From Chrysomallon squamiferum (lineage: Eukaryota; Animalia; Mollusca), in the NCBI GenBank assembly GCA_012295275.1, contig CM022665.1:12338001-12402000 (forward strand): a stretch of DNA of 64,000 bases, in the 5' to 3' direction. Made by a program: the position numbers and the translations under genes. Each line of letters begins with the position of its first letter. Positions within the stretch are counted from its first letter, which is position 1. Shown here in pieces: positions 22,062 through 37,656 of the stretch. The notes below the pieces were generated by a model that saw only the letters and a program-made list of their open reading frames with translations, ran no database searches and was not told the DNA's origin.

Positions 22062-24279
22062 GAATATATATTTAAAATATTTTTTATGTTACACTATTTT
22101 GTTTTATTTTATTTTATTTTATTTTATTTTACTTTTATTTTTATTTTTTTTTTTTTCTACTTCTTTGATTGCTGGTGGGGTAATAAAATAAAAATAAATA
22201 AAAATCAAAAACCCTTGTTAAACAAACATGATGGTTCATGTTTAAACCCCATCATTACATAAAATAAATATTATTATTATTATTTTTGTCTTTTTGTCTT
22301 TTTCTTTTATTATTACTTTTTAAAAATATATCTGAAATATTTTTAAATTTTTAAAAGCTTTATCACATAGAACATCCTCACAATTTGGCTAATCATTTCA
22401 CTAACGATATTTTTCTAATTGAGAACTAAATGTCTTTTTCTGAGCCCAATGTTTCTGGTGGATTAAAAACAAATTAGCCAAATCGCTTTTCTCGGGCTGC
22501 AAAACGAGAATGTCAACAGATGACAATCTGCTTTGCCCGTATCTTTCGGCTAAAGAGGATAGAATGTTGTAGGATATTTTTATTCTGAAGACGAAAATAA
22601 ATAACACCTGCCCACCAGTAGTTCTGATGTGACTTAAGGTGTTAGAACGTGTTCGAACTCACTGTCAGTTTATCATTAAAACGACAGTACATAGCCTTAT
22701 CAGAGTAGGAATCAGCATTTTAAAATACGATGAATAATAATCTGAGTGAATTTTTTGATTTTGTTCTGATTATTATTATCTGTCTTTGTGTCTGTATACG
22801 CGTATGTGTATGTGTGTGTGTGGCTGAGTTTATTATTTTATTTTTTTACTTGTGTGTGTGTACATGTGTGTCTGAATGTGTGTGTATATGTCTGGGTATG
22901 TATGTGTGTGTCTGTGTGTATGTATCTGTGTGTGAATGTGTGTGTGTGTGTGTGTGTGTTTGTCTTCAGAAACCAACAGTCGCTATTTCATTATTTACTT
23001 TTACTGATTAGCAAGAAGCACTGTTTTACACGAAACTTCACGTGAAAAAACACACACCCATCTTGGAACAAGATAATGCAAACCGGGAACTGAGAAGGAC
23101 TGATCTTGAGATCTTACGCCTAAGGCCTAACGAACAAACTGCGTTTCCATTGTAAAGTGGATTCTGATGTCTGGTACTCGATTTTGTATTAATTTTTGCT
23201 CTATTCTTTTGTTTTAACACGAGTTTATAATACATTCCTTACTTTACTTTTATACAGTTTGATCGGTTAATGAAATCTTCCAAAAAAAAAAAAAAAAAAA
23301 AAAAAAATTATATCTAATATTGCGTGAATACGAACTTGAACTGGAAAGATGACGTTTTAGAAATGAAAGTGCTTAGTTATGGTTTTCGTAGAAGAATTTT
23401 ATATCCCAAGTAAAAGTCTTTTCACTGCCTTCTCTCGGTACCATCGATTTTATTAACAGAAGCAACATTTTCTAAAAAGGATTATATTTTTTTCCCCCCT
23501 TTTAGCGTTCCTTTTTAAGCTCGTTTCTTTAAGCGCACGTGTTTTGTTCTGTTGGAACGTATTTGTTTTACTAATGACTTCCAAACAAGGAAAGTAATTT
23601 TCTGTGATAAATCATCCAAAATAACGCGAAAATTAAACCTCATCCCTCAGATTTTTACTGAAAATTTGTGTTTAGGTTAACTGGGGCTGAAGAAGCTTAT
23701 ATTTTAATTTTTAGCATGATCGGGCATTTTGACAAAAATGGCCATAACCATCTGCATTCAAATGACCGTAATAACCCAGTTACCAGTTGGTCATTCTTGC
23801 TAGAATTGGTATTTCTAGAAAAGTGATTTAACAAGGATTCTAAAAAATAAGACATTACAGTTTACGAAGGGATAATTTGAAGGGTGTGACCTTTTGACCT
23901 TTAATTTGACATTGAATATGACCCTAGTGAATCACGTGGTCTTGAAATGACCTTGCATTAAAATTTTAGCACAACATTTTTTCTACACAGTATAAAAGAA
24001 ACTGGAGTTATATTACTTCTGCTAGCCATATTTCATCCAATGGATTTGACGTCGAATGACACAGTTTCTGAATAATGTTTTTTTCTTCTTCTTTTATATG
24101 CAGGTCATTATTAAACAATCCTACTACTACTATTACTACATTATTTATTTTACCTTAGACCTATCATTATTATTGTTTTTTTGTTTTTGATACTGCTGTT
24201 ATTATTGTTGTTATTATCGTCATCATTATTATTATCATCATCAACAACACCATCATTACTTTATTATTATTATTATTTG

Positions 24280-24337
<58 letters not shown>

Positions 24338-26005
24338 GCATCATGTTCAGCTTTTTATTATTACTTTCATCCTGCACTTTATAAATGAACATTAACTAAT
24401 GGTTTCTAGTGGCTGTCATCTTTATAAAATTGTGTTACTGGTTTCCCTTATGTCATTAATATATTGCTGCGAGGTACATTTTGTATAAAACTAGCTTTAG
24501 CTACCACCTTTTTCATGAGCACAACAAAACCGTGAATTTATTTTCCTATTGTCACTTCTAGGATTACAGTCGTCTGGAAAACCCGGCTGACCGTCTGTAG
24601 AAGCCAATTAAGAAATACTGTATTCATCCACCAAATGGTATAAAATTGCATTACACATCTCTACGGCACTGCAAGAACAGTTCATTTCGTCTCTTGGCGG
24701 TGTTTCGTATAAATAACACGTTTGAGTTATTTCATTAAGTTTGAAAGTGACTTTATTTTCGTTTTATAGTTGTGTAAAAGTAAAACTGGTTCTCGTGATA
24801 ACTGAAGCAGTAAATTGGAACAATTGTGAAGAGTTGATGATATTACGTTTTAGTAATATTTGGGTCGTTTTCGCTCCGCGACGGTTTGTTGTTATTGCTA
24901 TAGCCTGCAGTGTGTCTATAGAAAAGCACCACATACACACACACATACACACACACATGCACACATATACACACAAACATACATACATAAAAAATACATA
25001 CATAAAAAATACATACATAAATACCTACAATATACAGATGCAAATACACTGTATCAAGATACACAGATACATATATATATGCACATAAACACAATGCACA
25101 TAATTATAATTATACACAAACAAATACACATAGAAACACATTACACGTGCAGTGCAACAAACTATAAAGAAAAATCAAAAATCAAATTTAAAAAGTCATG
25201 AACATGCAAGTTTCGCCTCTAAGTTTCTGAATTCTAACACCGTACTGCATCTTATACCAATAATCAATCATATTTTACTACCTGTCAGTTGATTTCGAAT
25301 TAAATATTAATTGATCAAATGGCAATAAAGACAACAACAACAACAAGAACAATAAAAAAAAAGAAGAAGAAGAAGAAAAGAAAGAAACGAAAAGAATGAA
25401 GAAATTTTATTCAAATTTTCTATTTTCTTTTTCATGACAATAGCGCATAGATCGTTAACTGGGAATTATGTTGAGAATACTGGAATATCAAAGTGGGCGA
25501 TGTCGATCCATCTCCAACCCCATGATTTCTCCTGCATGTCAAACTGTTTCATTAACATTCGTGGCAAACGAAACAATATCTTTATAACAATAGCCTGTTT
25601 AGAACCTGCTCATGTTAACAAACAGTACAAGCCAATTCCATAAAATAATCAATAGTAAAGCCAAATTTTGAAGCAAATTGTTTCAGAAATAGAACTTGAG
25701 GGACACGCAATTCTTTTCTATTTCTGGCCATTTCTGTAACTTGATTTAATCTTTGTTACCCTTTTCCGTTTAGACAATTACCGTATGCTGTGGCTGGTGT
25801 ACTTCCTATTCGCGGTTTTCACGTCTTTAAGCATACATGTTTAGATCTCGTCATCTCGCCAACCACAAATATTCCCTTAATATTATTACTTGTCTATTCT
25901 GAGACCGTCCGCTTTGGGAATAGGAACGAACGTGTAGCCTTCTTTAGTTCACCTTTCAGACAATCTCCCACGCAGAATCTATTATTATTCTTACTAGTTT
26001 TATTC

Positions 26006-26084
<79 letters not shown>

Positions 26085-26101
26085 TGTGTATGTATATGTG
26101 T

Positions 26102-26148
<47 letters not shown>

Positions 26149-26436
26149 GAACAGGTAGCCAGTCGAACAGAATGTTGGACAGACAGATATACATATAGAA
26201 AGAAAACAGAGGGTCGGACGGGCAGATGTTATGTATAACGAAAGACAACAAGACAGAGAGAGATGTAGACACGACGATAAAGACAGCATAAGATACAAGA
26301 TATGTGATATAAGATTAAATGAATTTCATAATGACTTAATGACAAGAGCAACAGATAAGAAACCAACAGTCTCAAATCTTCTACGTAACCATCATCTTTA
26401 TACTCTTTCTGAAGGAAAGACTACCTAATCCTCGGC

Positions 26437-26471
26437 TATAAATCGGTCCGTAGACCCATCGCGTCTCATTC
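26437..26471 (+). promoter_or_regulatory. Candidate TATA-Inr core promoter
   Basis: TATAAA at 26437-26442; TCATTC with A at 26468, placing the TATA at -31; GC-richer local context. Confidence 0.35.
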
Positions 26472-28314
26472 TACTGTGTATCAGTACATACGTAACATTC
26501 TGGTACAGTCGTATGGAAATATCTTAAAAGAAACCTGAGCAAAAAGTGCTATGTCTTGTTGTTACCTGAGCCGCGCCTCTTTTGATTCAACGCTTATTAA
26601 TTGTCTAGACGCGTTATTGTCAGACTGTTGTAGGTTTCTGTTAACGAAAACTCCTACTGCTATTGCAGTGGTCACATTAAGGACTTTGCCGTTATAACAC
26701 GGAAGAATATACCGTTCATACCGCGTCGAAAGATAAACACGATTTCTTAAAGGCACAGTCAACTAAGTGAAGGCTGAAAGTTCCTATCTCCGAATTCTCC
26801 GCTCAAGACAGTGGTAGCAGGCTGCTGTTGTTGATTATGGAATCTGTATGAAACAGCTGTTAGCTTTAATATTGGATATATATATATATATGTTGATGAT
26901 ATTCTTGTTTATTGTTGTTACTACTATTGTTATTGCTGTTGTTGTTACTTTCATTCATAATTGTTTGTGTGTGTGTGTGTGTTGTTATTGTTTTTTTGTG
27001 GTTTTTTCAATTATGATTCTATCAGGGTATAGTAAAACATTCATTCATTCATTTATTCATTATTTATTTATTTATTTATTTATTATTTCACAAGTCAGTA
27101 TGCCGCATAGTATCTCATGCACTTCTGTGTATGATATCGATGTCACATGAAAGCCAGTTTGACATCTTACGTTAATAAGATCAGTAACCTAGACGAGGCC
27201 GAAATAATGAAATTATTTTTGAAGGTTCTTCGTAATCGATATCAGAAACTGAATGAAATCTGCCACAGAACAGTTTCCAACCATCGCTTCACTCAAACTA
27301 GAATAATGTGATTGAATCCTTGTGAAGGACAAGCAAGAAACGTCATTAGACTGGCCGATCAATGTGATGTTTTTTCGAGGATGATGAACTAACAGTAACA
27401 CTGAATGAAAAAGGTTCAACGACTGTCTGTGACGTAGAGTCCTATGGATCGGCGGTGGGGGGTGGGGAGTGGAGTGGTATTTTATATAATGCATTATAAT
27501 AATAATAATAATATCACTGGTTTAAATGTACGAAATGACGTCATAATAATGGTAAAACAAATGTCAGCCTCCTTGCATCGGTACAGTACATATGCTTTAA
27601 TACTGACAACATTTACTGTTCGCTAGGAGCAGACATTACAAAACCAGTAAGTACACAAAATGATTTAAATACTTTAAATATCCCTAATTATTATATATCC
27701 GAATTTGCTAGCAAAGTGCATAACCTGGTTTTACTTCTGATAGTAAAGCCGGTTAAGTTGTTCTTATCTTCAACGTATCTGGTGACCTCGCCAGAAGAAA
27801 TGAAAATCTAAACATCGCCAGTGTCTAACACTTAACAACAGAAATGGTGCCGAAACGTAATTACTAGTAGAACGCAATTTTATCATTTTGGTTAGAAATT
27901 CGATTTCCTTTTAAGGCAACTTTAATATCCGCACATCAGACCTAATCAACAAAGTGGACTTCCTGCTTCGTCGTTTTAAAATTACCTGTAAGAAGAGAAA
28001 GAGAAGAAAATTACTCCACTGCATGTCCACTGGCTGCACGTAATCAGTAATAAAAATTGATGGTCCAGGAGTTAGTTAACCGGGTTAAGAATAAACTTAT
28101 AACGACAGATATAAATGTTCAAAGTCGTTAGATGTTAATTGCATGTTTCCTGTAGTGGTGATATGATCAGCAGCAAGCTTTCTTCCACATTACACCTTCC
28201 CATGGAAAGAAACAAATATTTTCATAAACAATAAATAGCCCAACAATAATGATAACCATAACGATTCCGATTGACGTTTTTTGAAAATTAAAATTAAACA
28301 GATTATAAGCGGAT

Positions 28315-28358
<44 letters not shown>

Positions 28359-31300
28359 TTGTAATCCCTGAATTCGCTATAATCATTACGGCTATAATAT
28401 ATTTATTTCATGAAGTCTTATGAATTAAATGTATAAGAATGCATGAAATAAATATATATCATCCTCCAGTAAATTATCTGATTTATTATGTATGTTCCAC
28501 TAATTCCGTTACTGAAGAGCATTTTCTAAATGACATTCTTAGCAGTCCAGGAAAGATTAATTTCCTTTTATAACGAGAAGGAGAGAAGTTTCGTTATATT
28601 TTATTAATTCGGTGTGATTACAGTGCATTCTACCTTGTTTCCAGACACAATAAACCCTTCACAATTCCGTTAGGATACAACTGTCGTAAAATGAAGTTCT
28701 ACAGGTCAGCGCTGCAGTTGTGATGGGCTGCTGGACAAACCCTTCTCCGATTGTCTCCACGTTTTTCACTTTCCAGCAAGCGCCCTTCAGATGGTTTATC
28801 AGAAGCATTGCGTGCACTTTACTGAATATGGATAGACACATATAGACTATTTCTTTCCGCTAACTGACAAAAGCAGCTAATGAACAGGCGAAACCTGTCA
28901 TATTTACATAATACAGAAGACAAAAAGAAAAATATATGTGTCTAACAACTAATAAAACTACGTAGATAATGAATTCAGTAATTAAGTTAACACTGCATAT
29001 ATATTCTTAAAACAAAAACAGCGTATTTACATACATGCATTTATTTGTTTATTTATTTACTTATTTATTTATTTTTAACCATTATAATATTTTCTTATAG
29101 TTGTACAAATAACAGGATTTTTTTTGGGGGGTTGTTGTTGTTTTCTTAAATTATGTGTTTTTTTTTTTAAATTACATTTATATTACTGACCACCCTTTAC
29201 TAACAGTGAAGTATGATCTTCTCACAATTTTGGTTTTAAAACCTTGTCACGTTTTTTTTTTTTTTTTTTTTTCATTTCATCTTTCTTTCCTCTTTCCCGT
29301 GTACTCGAAGTTGGACATATGGCAGACCTGTAGATATAATAATAATAATAATAATAAACAGTAACAACAACTATAATAATAATAAAAGTACAATTAACAG
29401 CATTAGTACTACTATTACTATTGGTAGTACTACAAGTACTACTTCTAGTTCCACTACTACTGCGATAATATCTCTAAAAACATAATCATACTTTATTTTT
29501 GGCAGAGGGTTATCATTAGAACAAATAAACCACAAGAAGAATATAATAATAATAATAATACGGAAGAATGTAATAGACTGAAAGATTCGGTAATTCTGCT
29601 AAAGAAAAACTCATCTTTCTCCACTTTCGTCATCATTAATACATTTTATGTCACTGAAACAGGACAAATTATTTCTTTAGTATTTCTTTCTTTTCTTTTG
29701 GGCTGTTTTCAAAGTGCAGTACATATTTGCGTCACTAATATTTCAAGATTATGAATAAACAGGCATCTTGAATAAAGGCACAGACAATTTGCACTTTTCC
29801 TTGAATGTGGCCATCTTATGAAAACACGACGATGTCAACAGGTACTTTCACATCTTAATGAAGCAAAAACATTGACGTAATTTTCGGCAGCGACCAGTGA
29901 ATGAAAAGATGACATTCTGAACAGCACAGGAAACATCTGCGCTCGCGCTGTCACACTTTAACTTCGATTAACGACTTCTCCATTGTTCTTGCTGCGTTGT
30001 TATCTGAAAGATTTAAAACGAAAAACCAACGTAAATCTTCAAACTCTGTGGACGTCTGCAGTACCAATACAAATTGCAAAGAATCTTCGTTTGTTATATT
30101 TTTGTCAACATACTCCGACCGTTTGTTTATTAATTCTCTATACTCCGAGTTGCTTTATGTTGTCGTCGCTGATGGGAATGCTCTTCTGGAAACTGAAGTG
30201 ACTTCTTCGGAACGTGAATTCAGTTATGATGTTTATTACCTTTATCCTTGAAACAGTTTTAAAAGTGATGTTTAAAGGGATATGGTGGATTTAAATACAC
30301 AGCTTATGTTATTACTCCTACTCCTCCTTCTCTTATTACTACTGCTCTTATTAATACTAATATTCTACCTTTACTGCCACTGCTTCTGCCATTACCATTA
30401 CTACTAATAAAAATGCAATTACTAGTGCTCACGATGAAGATTTCGACGGCAATGATGATAACATTTTAATAATAATAACAAGAAGAAGAAGAAGAAGAAG
30501 AAGAAGAAGAAGAAGAAGAAGAAGAAGAAGAAGAAGAAGAAGAAGAAATAGAATCAGAAGAAGAAGAAGAAGATCCATTTAACTTTTTATTTGAATTCTC
30601 TGCCAAAGCAAAATACAAGATATGCCAGATGTAGGTTTATTGTATCATGAATGCAGTCTTAGAATCTTATAAGCAAACAAGGAAAGCCTGACGTGCAAGT
30701 CAAAGATAACATTCTGTAAAATGTGGATCAATTTACGGTCAAGAATTTCAATATAAAGATTATGACGCAGAGTCAGGCTGAATTTAAAAGCATATTGACA
30801 GCAGCTGACTGAGAGTGGTGCAGATTGGTTAATCGTTTCATTCTGATGTTTTCAATGCAGAATGTAAAATGAAAAATCAGAATTATTGGCATCTAAATCC
30901 GAAGTACGTCAGCATTTTCAAAACGTAACGTAAATGTAGAATTAGAATTATTGAAAATTTTAACTTTGAATGTATCTAGGAAGTCATCAAAAACATAATT
31001 ATTGGAAAATGTAACTCTTGTTTATCTAATAATTCATGAAGCATTTCATCAATATTACATATTCACAGAAAGTTTAAATATTATCGCTGTAATCTAATTA
31101 TAGTGACAAATATATGATGCAAAGTATAAAGATAAGCTTTTATATCAGCATATCGTTCTGTTGAAAACCTGCAGAGTTCACAACGGCACTGCAGAAATTA
31201 GTCAAAACCTAAAGATTTAGTTTTTATCATCATTTTGTACAAATGCACCTTGAATTTGCGTCGTATATTTGTTATTTTGGATTCTGATTTCAGCTCCTAA

Positions 31301-31602
31301 TTTTAGGGTTACATGAAAGAATATAATCAGTTCACGAAAAACTGGAGCAACTGAATGTTTTATATTTTATGAATTATCATTAAGCAGTAGATAATGAAAG
31401 ATTATTTGTATGATATATCACTATATTTCTCTCATTCAGCAAAAATATTTATTTTATAATATAGGCTGTTAACAATATAAGATATATCTAAAGTGGAATG
31501 TGCAGCAGCACCAACGTAAACGATATTTGATTTCACACTGATACTCAAGAACTCGACAAAACTGTATCATATGTAATGCCACCCACGTTTCACATCTCTC
31601 TC

Positions 31603-31677
<75 letters not shown>

Positions 31678-32919
31678 ATTGATGTATGTATGTATGTATG
31701 CATGTTTGTATGTTTTGTATGTATGTCTCTGTATATGTATTTGTCTTAGTTTTAAATACTCATTGCAGTAGTAGTGGTTGCAGTATCTGTAGTAGCTTTA
31801 GTCATGACACAAACCATAGCAGTAACAATAACAAGAAGTACAAAGAATAGCTTAGAACTTTTTATTCCAGTTTATTAATAATAATTTATCAAAAATCAAT
31901 AGTAATCTTTTTTGTATATATATATCAAATAGACGAAACCGCACACAGCATATTAATGATTTATTGAGCCGATAACAACATATACACAAACAGATATAGA
32001 TAGAAAGAATCACAGACGAACCCACATATAGGTAGATAGGTAGGTAAGTAGTTACAGACGTATACATATATCCACATCTTTGAAGCATGGTCAGAATTAA
32101 ATCACAATACAAAAGACAGAGACGCATAAATACATCACAAAGGTTTTCTGTGTATAAGCTGTGTACAACGAACTAACAATTCAATCAAAAACGATGATAT
32201 AGCAAAATGACCACACCCTTGAGACCATGATCGTAATTAAATTAACCGTTAATTCCATCAGCTGCAAGAACGAGCTACCATCACTAATCTATTACTGTCG
32301 GAATGATTCAGCATCACTGTCAGTGTATTAGATTTGCTAGCCTTGGTTTGGGAACCCTACTTAACACGTACAGCGACCAGTAATCCCTTATGACCACATT
32401 TCAGAAGAATCGTCAGGGCGCCAACTACTGCAGCTTCCATCATTACAAAATGTTTGATTAAAATAATTAGCTTTACCTCTGTGTACCGCTAGAGGGCAAC
32501 ATCAATATTGTGTAGTCCCTCTGTAATTATTAAAAGTGCAGCATTCAATATACTTTAGCAGAACGGCAGACCCGGAGTTTAGAATATTGGAATTTAAGAA
32601 GTAATAGCATATTGGTCTTATGTTAATATAAGACTGTGGCTTTTCTCTGCTTGTATCTTTATTCTGGTTTGAGAAGATCAATGTAGATGTTATTATTGTC
32701 ATTATCATGTCTGGACCGAAGGGCCATTATGTTAACAGTAATTAATTGAATAGTATTTGGATTTTTTTAATAATGATAACAAGAAGGAAGGAGGAGGTGG
32801 ACGAGAAGGAAAATGAAAATCGTTGTCGTTATTTTCTTTAACGTCATTTTTATCATTATCATCACGATCATGCTGACTGTCACATCGCTAAATCATTACA
32901 TCAACATATCTATCGTCTG

Positions 32920-32953
<34 letters not shown>

Positions 32954-34958
32954 AATATGATCTGTTTGTCTGTCTATCTGTCTATGTATCTCTCTTTTTT
33001 CTCTATCTATATTTATGTCTATTTGTATGTCTGTATGACTGTCTGTCTCTCTACCTACACACCAACCTTTCATTGTCTTTCTGCCTATTTCTCTTCTTTT
33101 GTGTTTATCAGGTTATCTATTTATGTGTACATCTGTCTGTATGTATATATCACATACGTGGAGAGAAACAGGAGATGGAAGGAAGGAACTGAGTAGGTAA
33201 AGACAGAATACTATAACGTAGAATGTTCTTGAGACAATGTTTGCACGACGATGTTAAAGAGTTTTAATTCATTCTGACAATACTGCAAACACTTCCTGCT
33301 AAGACAGACTCCAACATATTCGGTTTGACATTTCTTTTCGTTTTATAAATAAATTCTAGGACAAAAGTCCTTTTGGCATATTCTGAAGACAGGGAAAAGG
33401 AAAAAAACACACAATAAAAAACACACATATTATTGACAGATTAGCTAAATAAATATTTTGTAATCTGTGTTTCTTTCATTTTAAGTTTCTGTTTCTTACA
33501 TACATATATTTCCAGTCCATCTCTGTAATTATTAAACCTGTCTTCTCATCATAATTAGTTTTGCTGTTTTTGTTATTAGTGGATACGTTCTTATTTGTTA
33601 GAGATTTTTCTGTATTTTGTTTTATTTTTCACGAATCCTGTCTGCACTGAAAAAACAATCATACAGTTTATTTTTAAAAATTAATTAATATTTGTATTTG
33701 GGCTTAAAGGAAAATCATTATCTGTTTTTGTAAACAAAAAAAAAAAAAAAAAAGAGAGATCTGTTGGTGAAGTTTATTTTTATATTAAAAAAAAAAATTA
33801 AACATCCCTCGGGTTTAATTTTCATTTATATAAAAGTTTTCTGTATTCGGATTAAGAAACCTTAAGAAATATGTCGAAAGAGATTAGCAAATGATAAATC
33901 TTCGATACATTTATTATTTAAATTAAAAGTAGAAAATGTATTATAAACCCCCTTTTTTTAGAAGATAACTGAAGGACGTTTAAGATTGATTTATTTACTT
34001 TTTTTTTGTTTGTTTGTTTGATTATCATCTGATTATTTACTTATTTGTTTGTTTGTTTGTTTATTATTTATTTATTATTTTGTTGTTGATGTTTTTGTCG
34101 TTTTCTTCATTGTTTTTGTTGCTGCTGTTTGTTGTGTTTTAGTATTTAGCATAAAGAAGTTATTATCCAAGTCACACATTCTTTGATTAATTTCGCTGGA
34201 TGTTCTGTCATATAAAACCATTAAAAAGCATCTTCACGCATTAACCAGTCACCAGCTTCTTAAAACACAGGAAACAGTACAAAATGACATAGCTTTGCGA
34301 ATTTTATTTAAAGCCAAACCGATTTCAGATGTAAATATTAGTCAGTCGAAATCAACAAGAACAATAACAACAATACTACTGCTAGTACTACTACTAACAA
34401 CAATAATAATAAGACGAAGAAGAAGAAGACAGGAAATTTAAGACAAGACCAACTGTATTTTAAGTTTCTAATATTAAAACATTTATCTGTAAAATGGTTT
34501 TATATTACACGAACTCTGGTTACCATCATTTCTTGTCTATTTTAGCAAAGTAAGAATTGTCGTTCGGCTACTGATCCACCACTTCTCAGAATAACACTCT
34601 TCTGAAGTCATTAACAGCTCGAGTCTGCTCTGGATCATCAGACTGCTTCAGTCTTATATAGAGAAAAATCCAGCCTAACAAAATGTTGTAAATACTTTTC
34701 TTGAATAACGTCAGTTCATTTTTAACTTAGTGTAGATGGTTTAGTTTGAGTTAAGGCTATGTTACATTGTATGTGAAAACGAAATGTAAAGTGTAATGCT
34801 GAGAAAACTGTACTATATGAAAACAAAATGTAAAACAGTAATGAGTAACGGTTGTACACTTTAATACATAGAAATTAATGTTGAACAATGGCTATGCACT
34901 GTACTATTTGAAAAGAAAATGTAAATTATATATTTGAGTTACGTCAGTACATTATTTT

Positions 34959-35563
34959 GGTATGTTCCCAAAACTGGCAGTCTCCAGATTAGGTAAGCTG
35001 TGAGGTGTTCTAATCCGCTTCCAGAAATGGGAAAACTGGAGTGAGCAATTAAGGCCAATTTAGAAGCATGGGGATAACGAGATGTGTGAAGAACAGAGGG
35101 GGCGATTAACGAGATTAACCTTAATGAGCAGTGAAGAGCAGAGGTGAGCCGGAATAGAGATTGCAAGAAAATTAACGTTTGGAGACATGAAATTAATGTT
35201 AACGTTCAGTAAAATTTGGAGTCAGGAAATGCTACCAGAAGACAAGCACAAGCTCTTCCAGCTGGGACTGGAGTACGTCACGTGTACCCGGGACACGGCT
35301 TCCTACTTGTCAGCTTGCGGTGAAGTGCTTTCTGGGGCATTTTGAGTGTAAAGTGTGACTGAATGTGCTTTCAAATTGTGGACAAAATACTGTTAAACAA
35401 AAGTACATCAATTAAGGTGATGGGCCATCAATTAAGGTGACAGAACACCAGTTAGTAAGGGTGAGCAATAAACTGCCAGAAATGGAACAAGTGGCATGTC
35501 CAATTAAGATGTGTTATAATCTCACTGCCAGATTCGGGAATGCCAGAATCGGGAATAAACCCC
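34959..35563. mobile_element. 605-bp non-autonomous TIR element with 7-bp TSD, inserted into a degenerate minisatellite
   Basis: Imperfect TIRs (ggtatgttcccaaaactggca vs reverse complement ggtttattcccgattctggca); TTATTTT at 34952-34958 and 35564-35570; the same ~60-bp repeat lies on both flanks. Confidence 0.6.
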
Positions 35564-36289
35564 TTATTTTATCTGAAAAATAAAACCTAAATAGTAATGT
35601 TGAGTAACAGCTATACACTGTATTACATGGACAAATGTAAATTGTATACTAACCTTGAGTAATGGTTGAACATTATACTGTCTTAAAAACAAAATGTATA
35701 CAGTAATGATGAGTAACGGCTACACACTACACTATATGGAAAAAAAGAAAAGTAAATTGTATACTTGAGTAACGCCTGTACATTGAACTAACCCGAAAAC
35801 AAAATGTAAATGAACTTTATGATTGACATTTCTGTGCCAGCATCGCTATAACTCTCTTCAAAACTGCCTTCACGCTTTTTTTTTGGCATCAAAAGTTAAG
35901 TGTGTCAGTGAACCTAGTTTATTCTTCGAACTGGAAAATACACAGCAAAAGGCAAAGAGAACTGAAGCTTCCTATATGAACTGTTCATGCGTGATAAAGA
36001 CAAATTGTGCTTCATAAGCGCCATCCATCAAATTAAACGCGACTGTGAAAGTGTCTACGATCTCAGTACAGTCTTTCTGAAAATCAGTTTTACGAAACAA
36101 AGTGGCTCGCGACTAATAAGAATCATGGAAACAAAATTCTTCGATCGCTATGCACACATATACACTGACATATATTAACACACACACACACACGCAAAAC
36201 AAAAAGAAGAAAAGAAACATAAATGATTATTGGAAATTAGCAATCAACGAAAAACAAACATAAAAAAAACCCCCAGCAATAGCAGTAAC

Positions 36290-36336
<47 letters not shown>

Positions 36337-37102
36337 CAACAAACAACAATAATAATAATAACAACAATAACAGTTATTATAATAATCATAATAACAATCG
36401 TTAAAAACTATTAAAAACAAAAATTCCAACTGTGTAAAAAAAAAATTCAACAAAATGCTGTTTATAAATTTTTCTTTTAATATTATAAATTTGGTAACGA
36501 ACTAGAAATATATATATATGTAATGAAGAATAATATGCAAAAATGAAGTTAACTGAAAAAAAAATACATAAACGCTTTTTTAATTTATTATTTTTTAAAC
36601 TTTTTCAAAATTTTCGATTTACAAGTTTCTATAGTAAGAAAATAATTAGTTTTATATATATATATATATATATATATAAGGGAAAAAAAGAAAGAAAGAA
36701 AAGAAACGAAAGAACGAAAGAAAAACAAACAAAACATACAAGTGATAAAAATTCAGAAACCTGAAATTGTGAGCACTTGTCTAAGTCAGAAGAAGACATT
36801 TTTATGAATCCTGTCGTAAACTGGAAAAGATCCGTCAAACAGTAAATCCATATTGATTAAATATCAAGCATATCGACAGCCGAAGGGTTTTTCTTCTTTG
36901 ATCTGTTAGTGTAAGAAATGCATTTTATAATAAAATCGTTTATTTGTATGCAGAGTTATGGAACGAAGAGATAAATCTTTGTTTCTAGACTGATGTAGTG
37001 TTTTATTGCTTTTATATAAATAAATTAAAAAAAATAAAAGTTCCTTGGTACCATTCTTAACAGAATTTAAAGAAAAGGTTTTATAGAGAGTGTGGGCAAA
37101 TG

Positions 37103-37139
<37 letters not shown>

Positions 37140-37457
37140 TCTATCTATCTATCTATCTATCTATCTGTCTGTCTGTCTTCTATCTATCTATCTATCTGTC
37201 TGTCTGACTGTTTGTCTATCTATCATCTGTCTATCTGATTATCTATCTGTTTATCTGGCTGTCTGTCTGTCTTCTATCTATCTATCTATCTATCTATCTG
37301 TCTGTCTGTCTGTCTGTCTTCTATCTATCTATCTATCTATCTGTCTGTCTGTCTTCTATCTATCTATCTATCTGTCTGTCTGACTGTTTGTCTATCTATC
37401 ATCTGTCTATCTGATTATCTATCTGTTTATCTGGCTGTCTGTCTGTCTTTCTGTCTG
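37103..37457. repeat. Compound (TCTG/TCTA)n with a 176-bp-period internal duplication
   Basis: Identical interrupted block begins at 37205 and 37381. Confidence 0.85.
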
Positions 37458-37526
37458 TTTAACCAACTAACTCTATACATAACACACACACACATATTTC
37501 ACTTTATATATCTTTGCATATATATA

Positions 37527-37656
<130 letters not shown>

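Noticed and set aside
29950-30251. Non-repetitive segment with short ORFs on both strands
   Set aside because: No recognisable motif or convincing splice boundaries.
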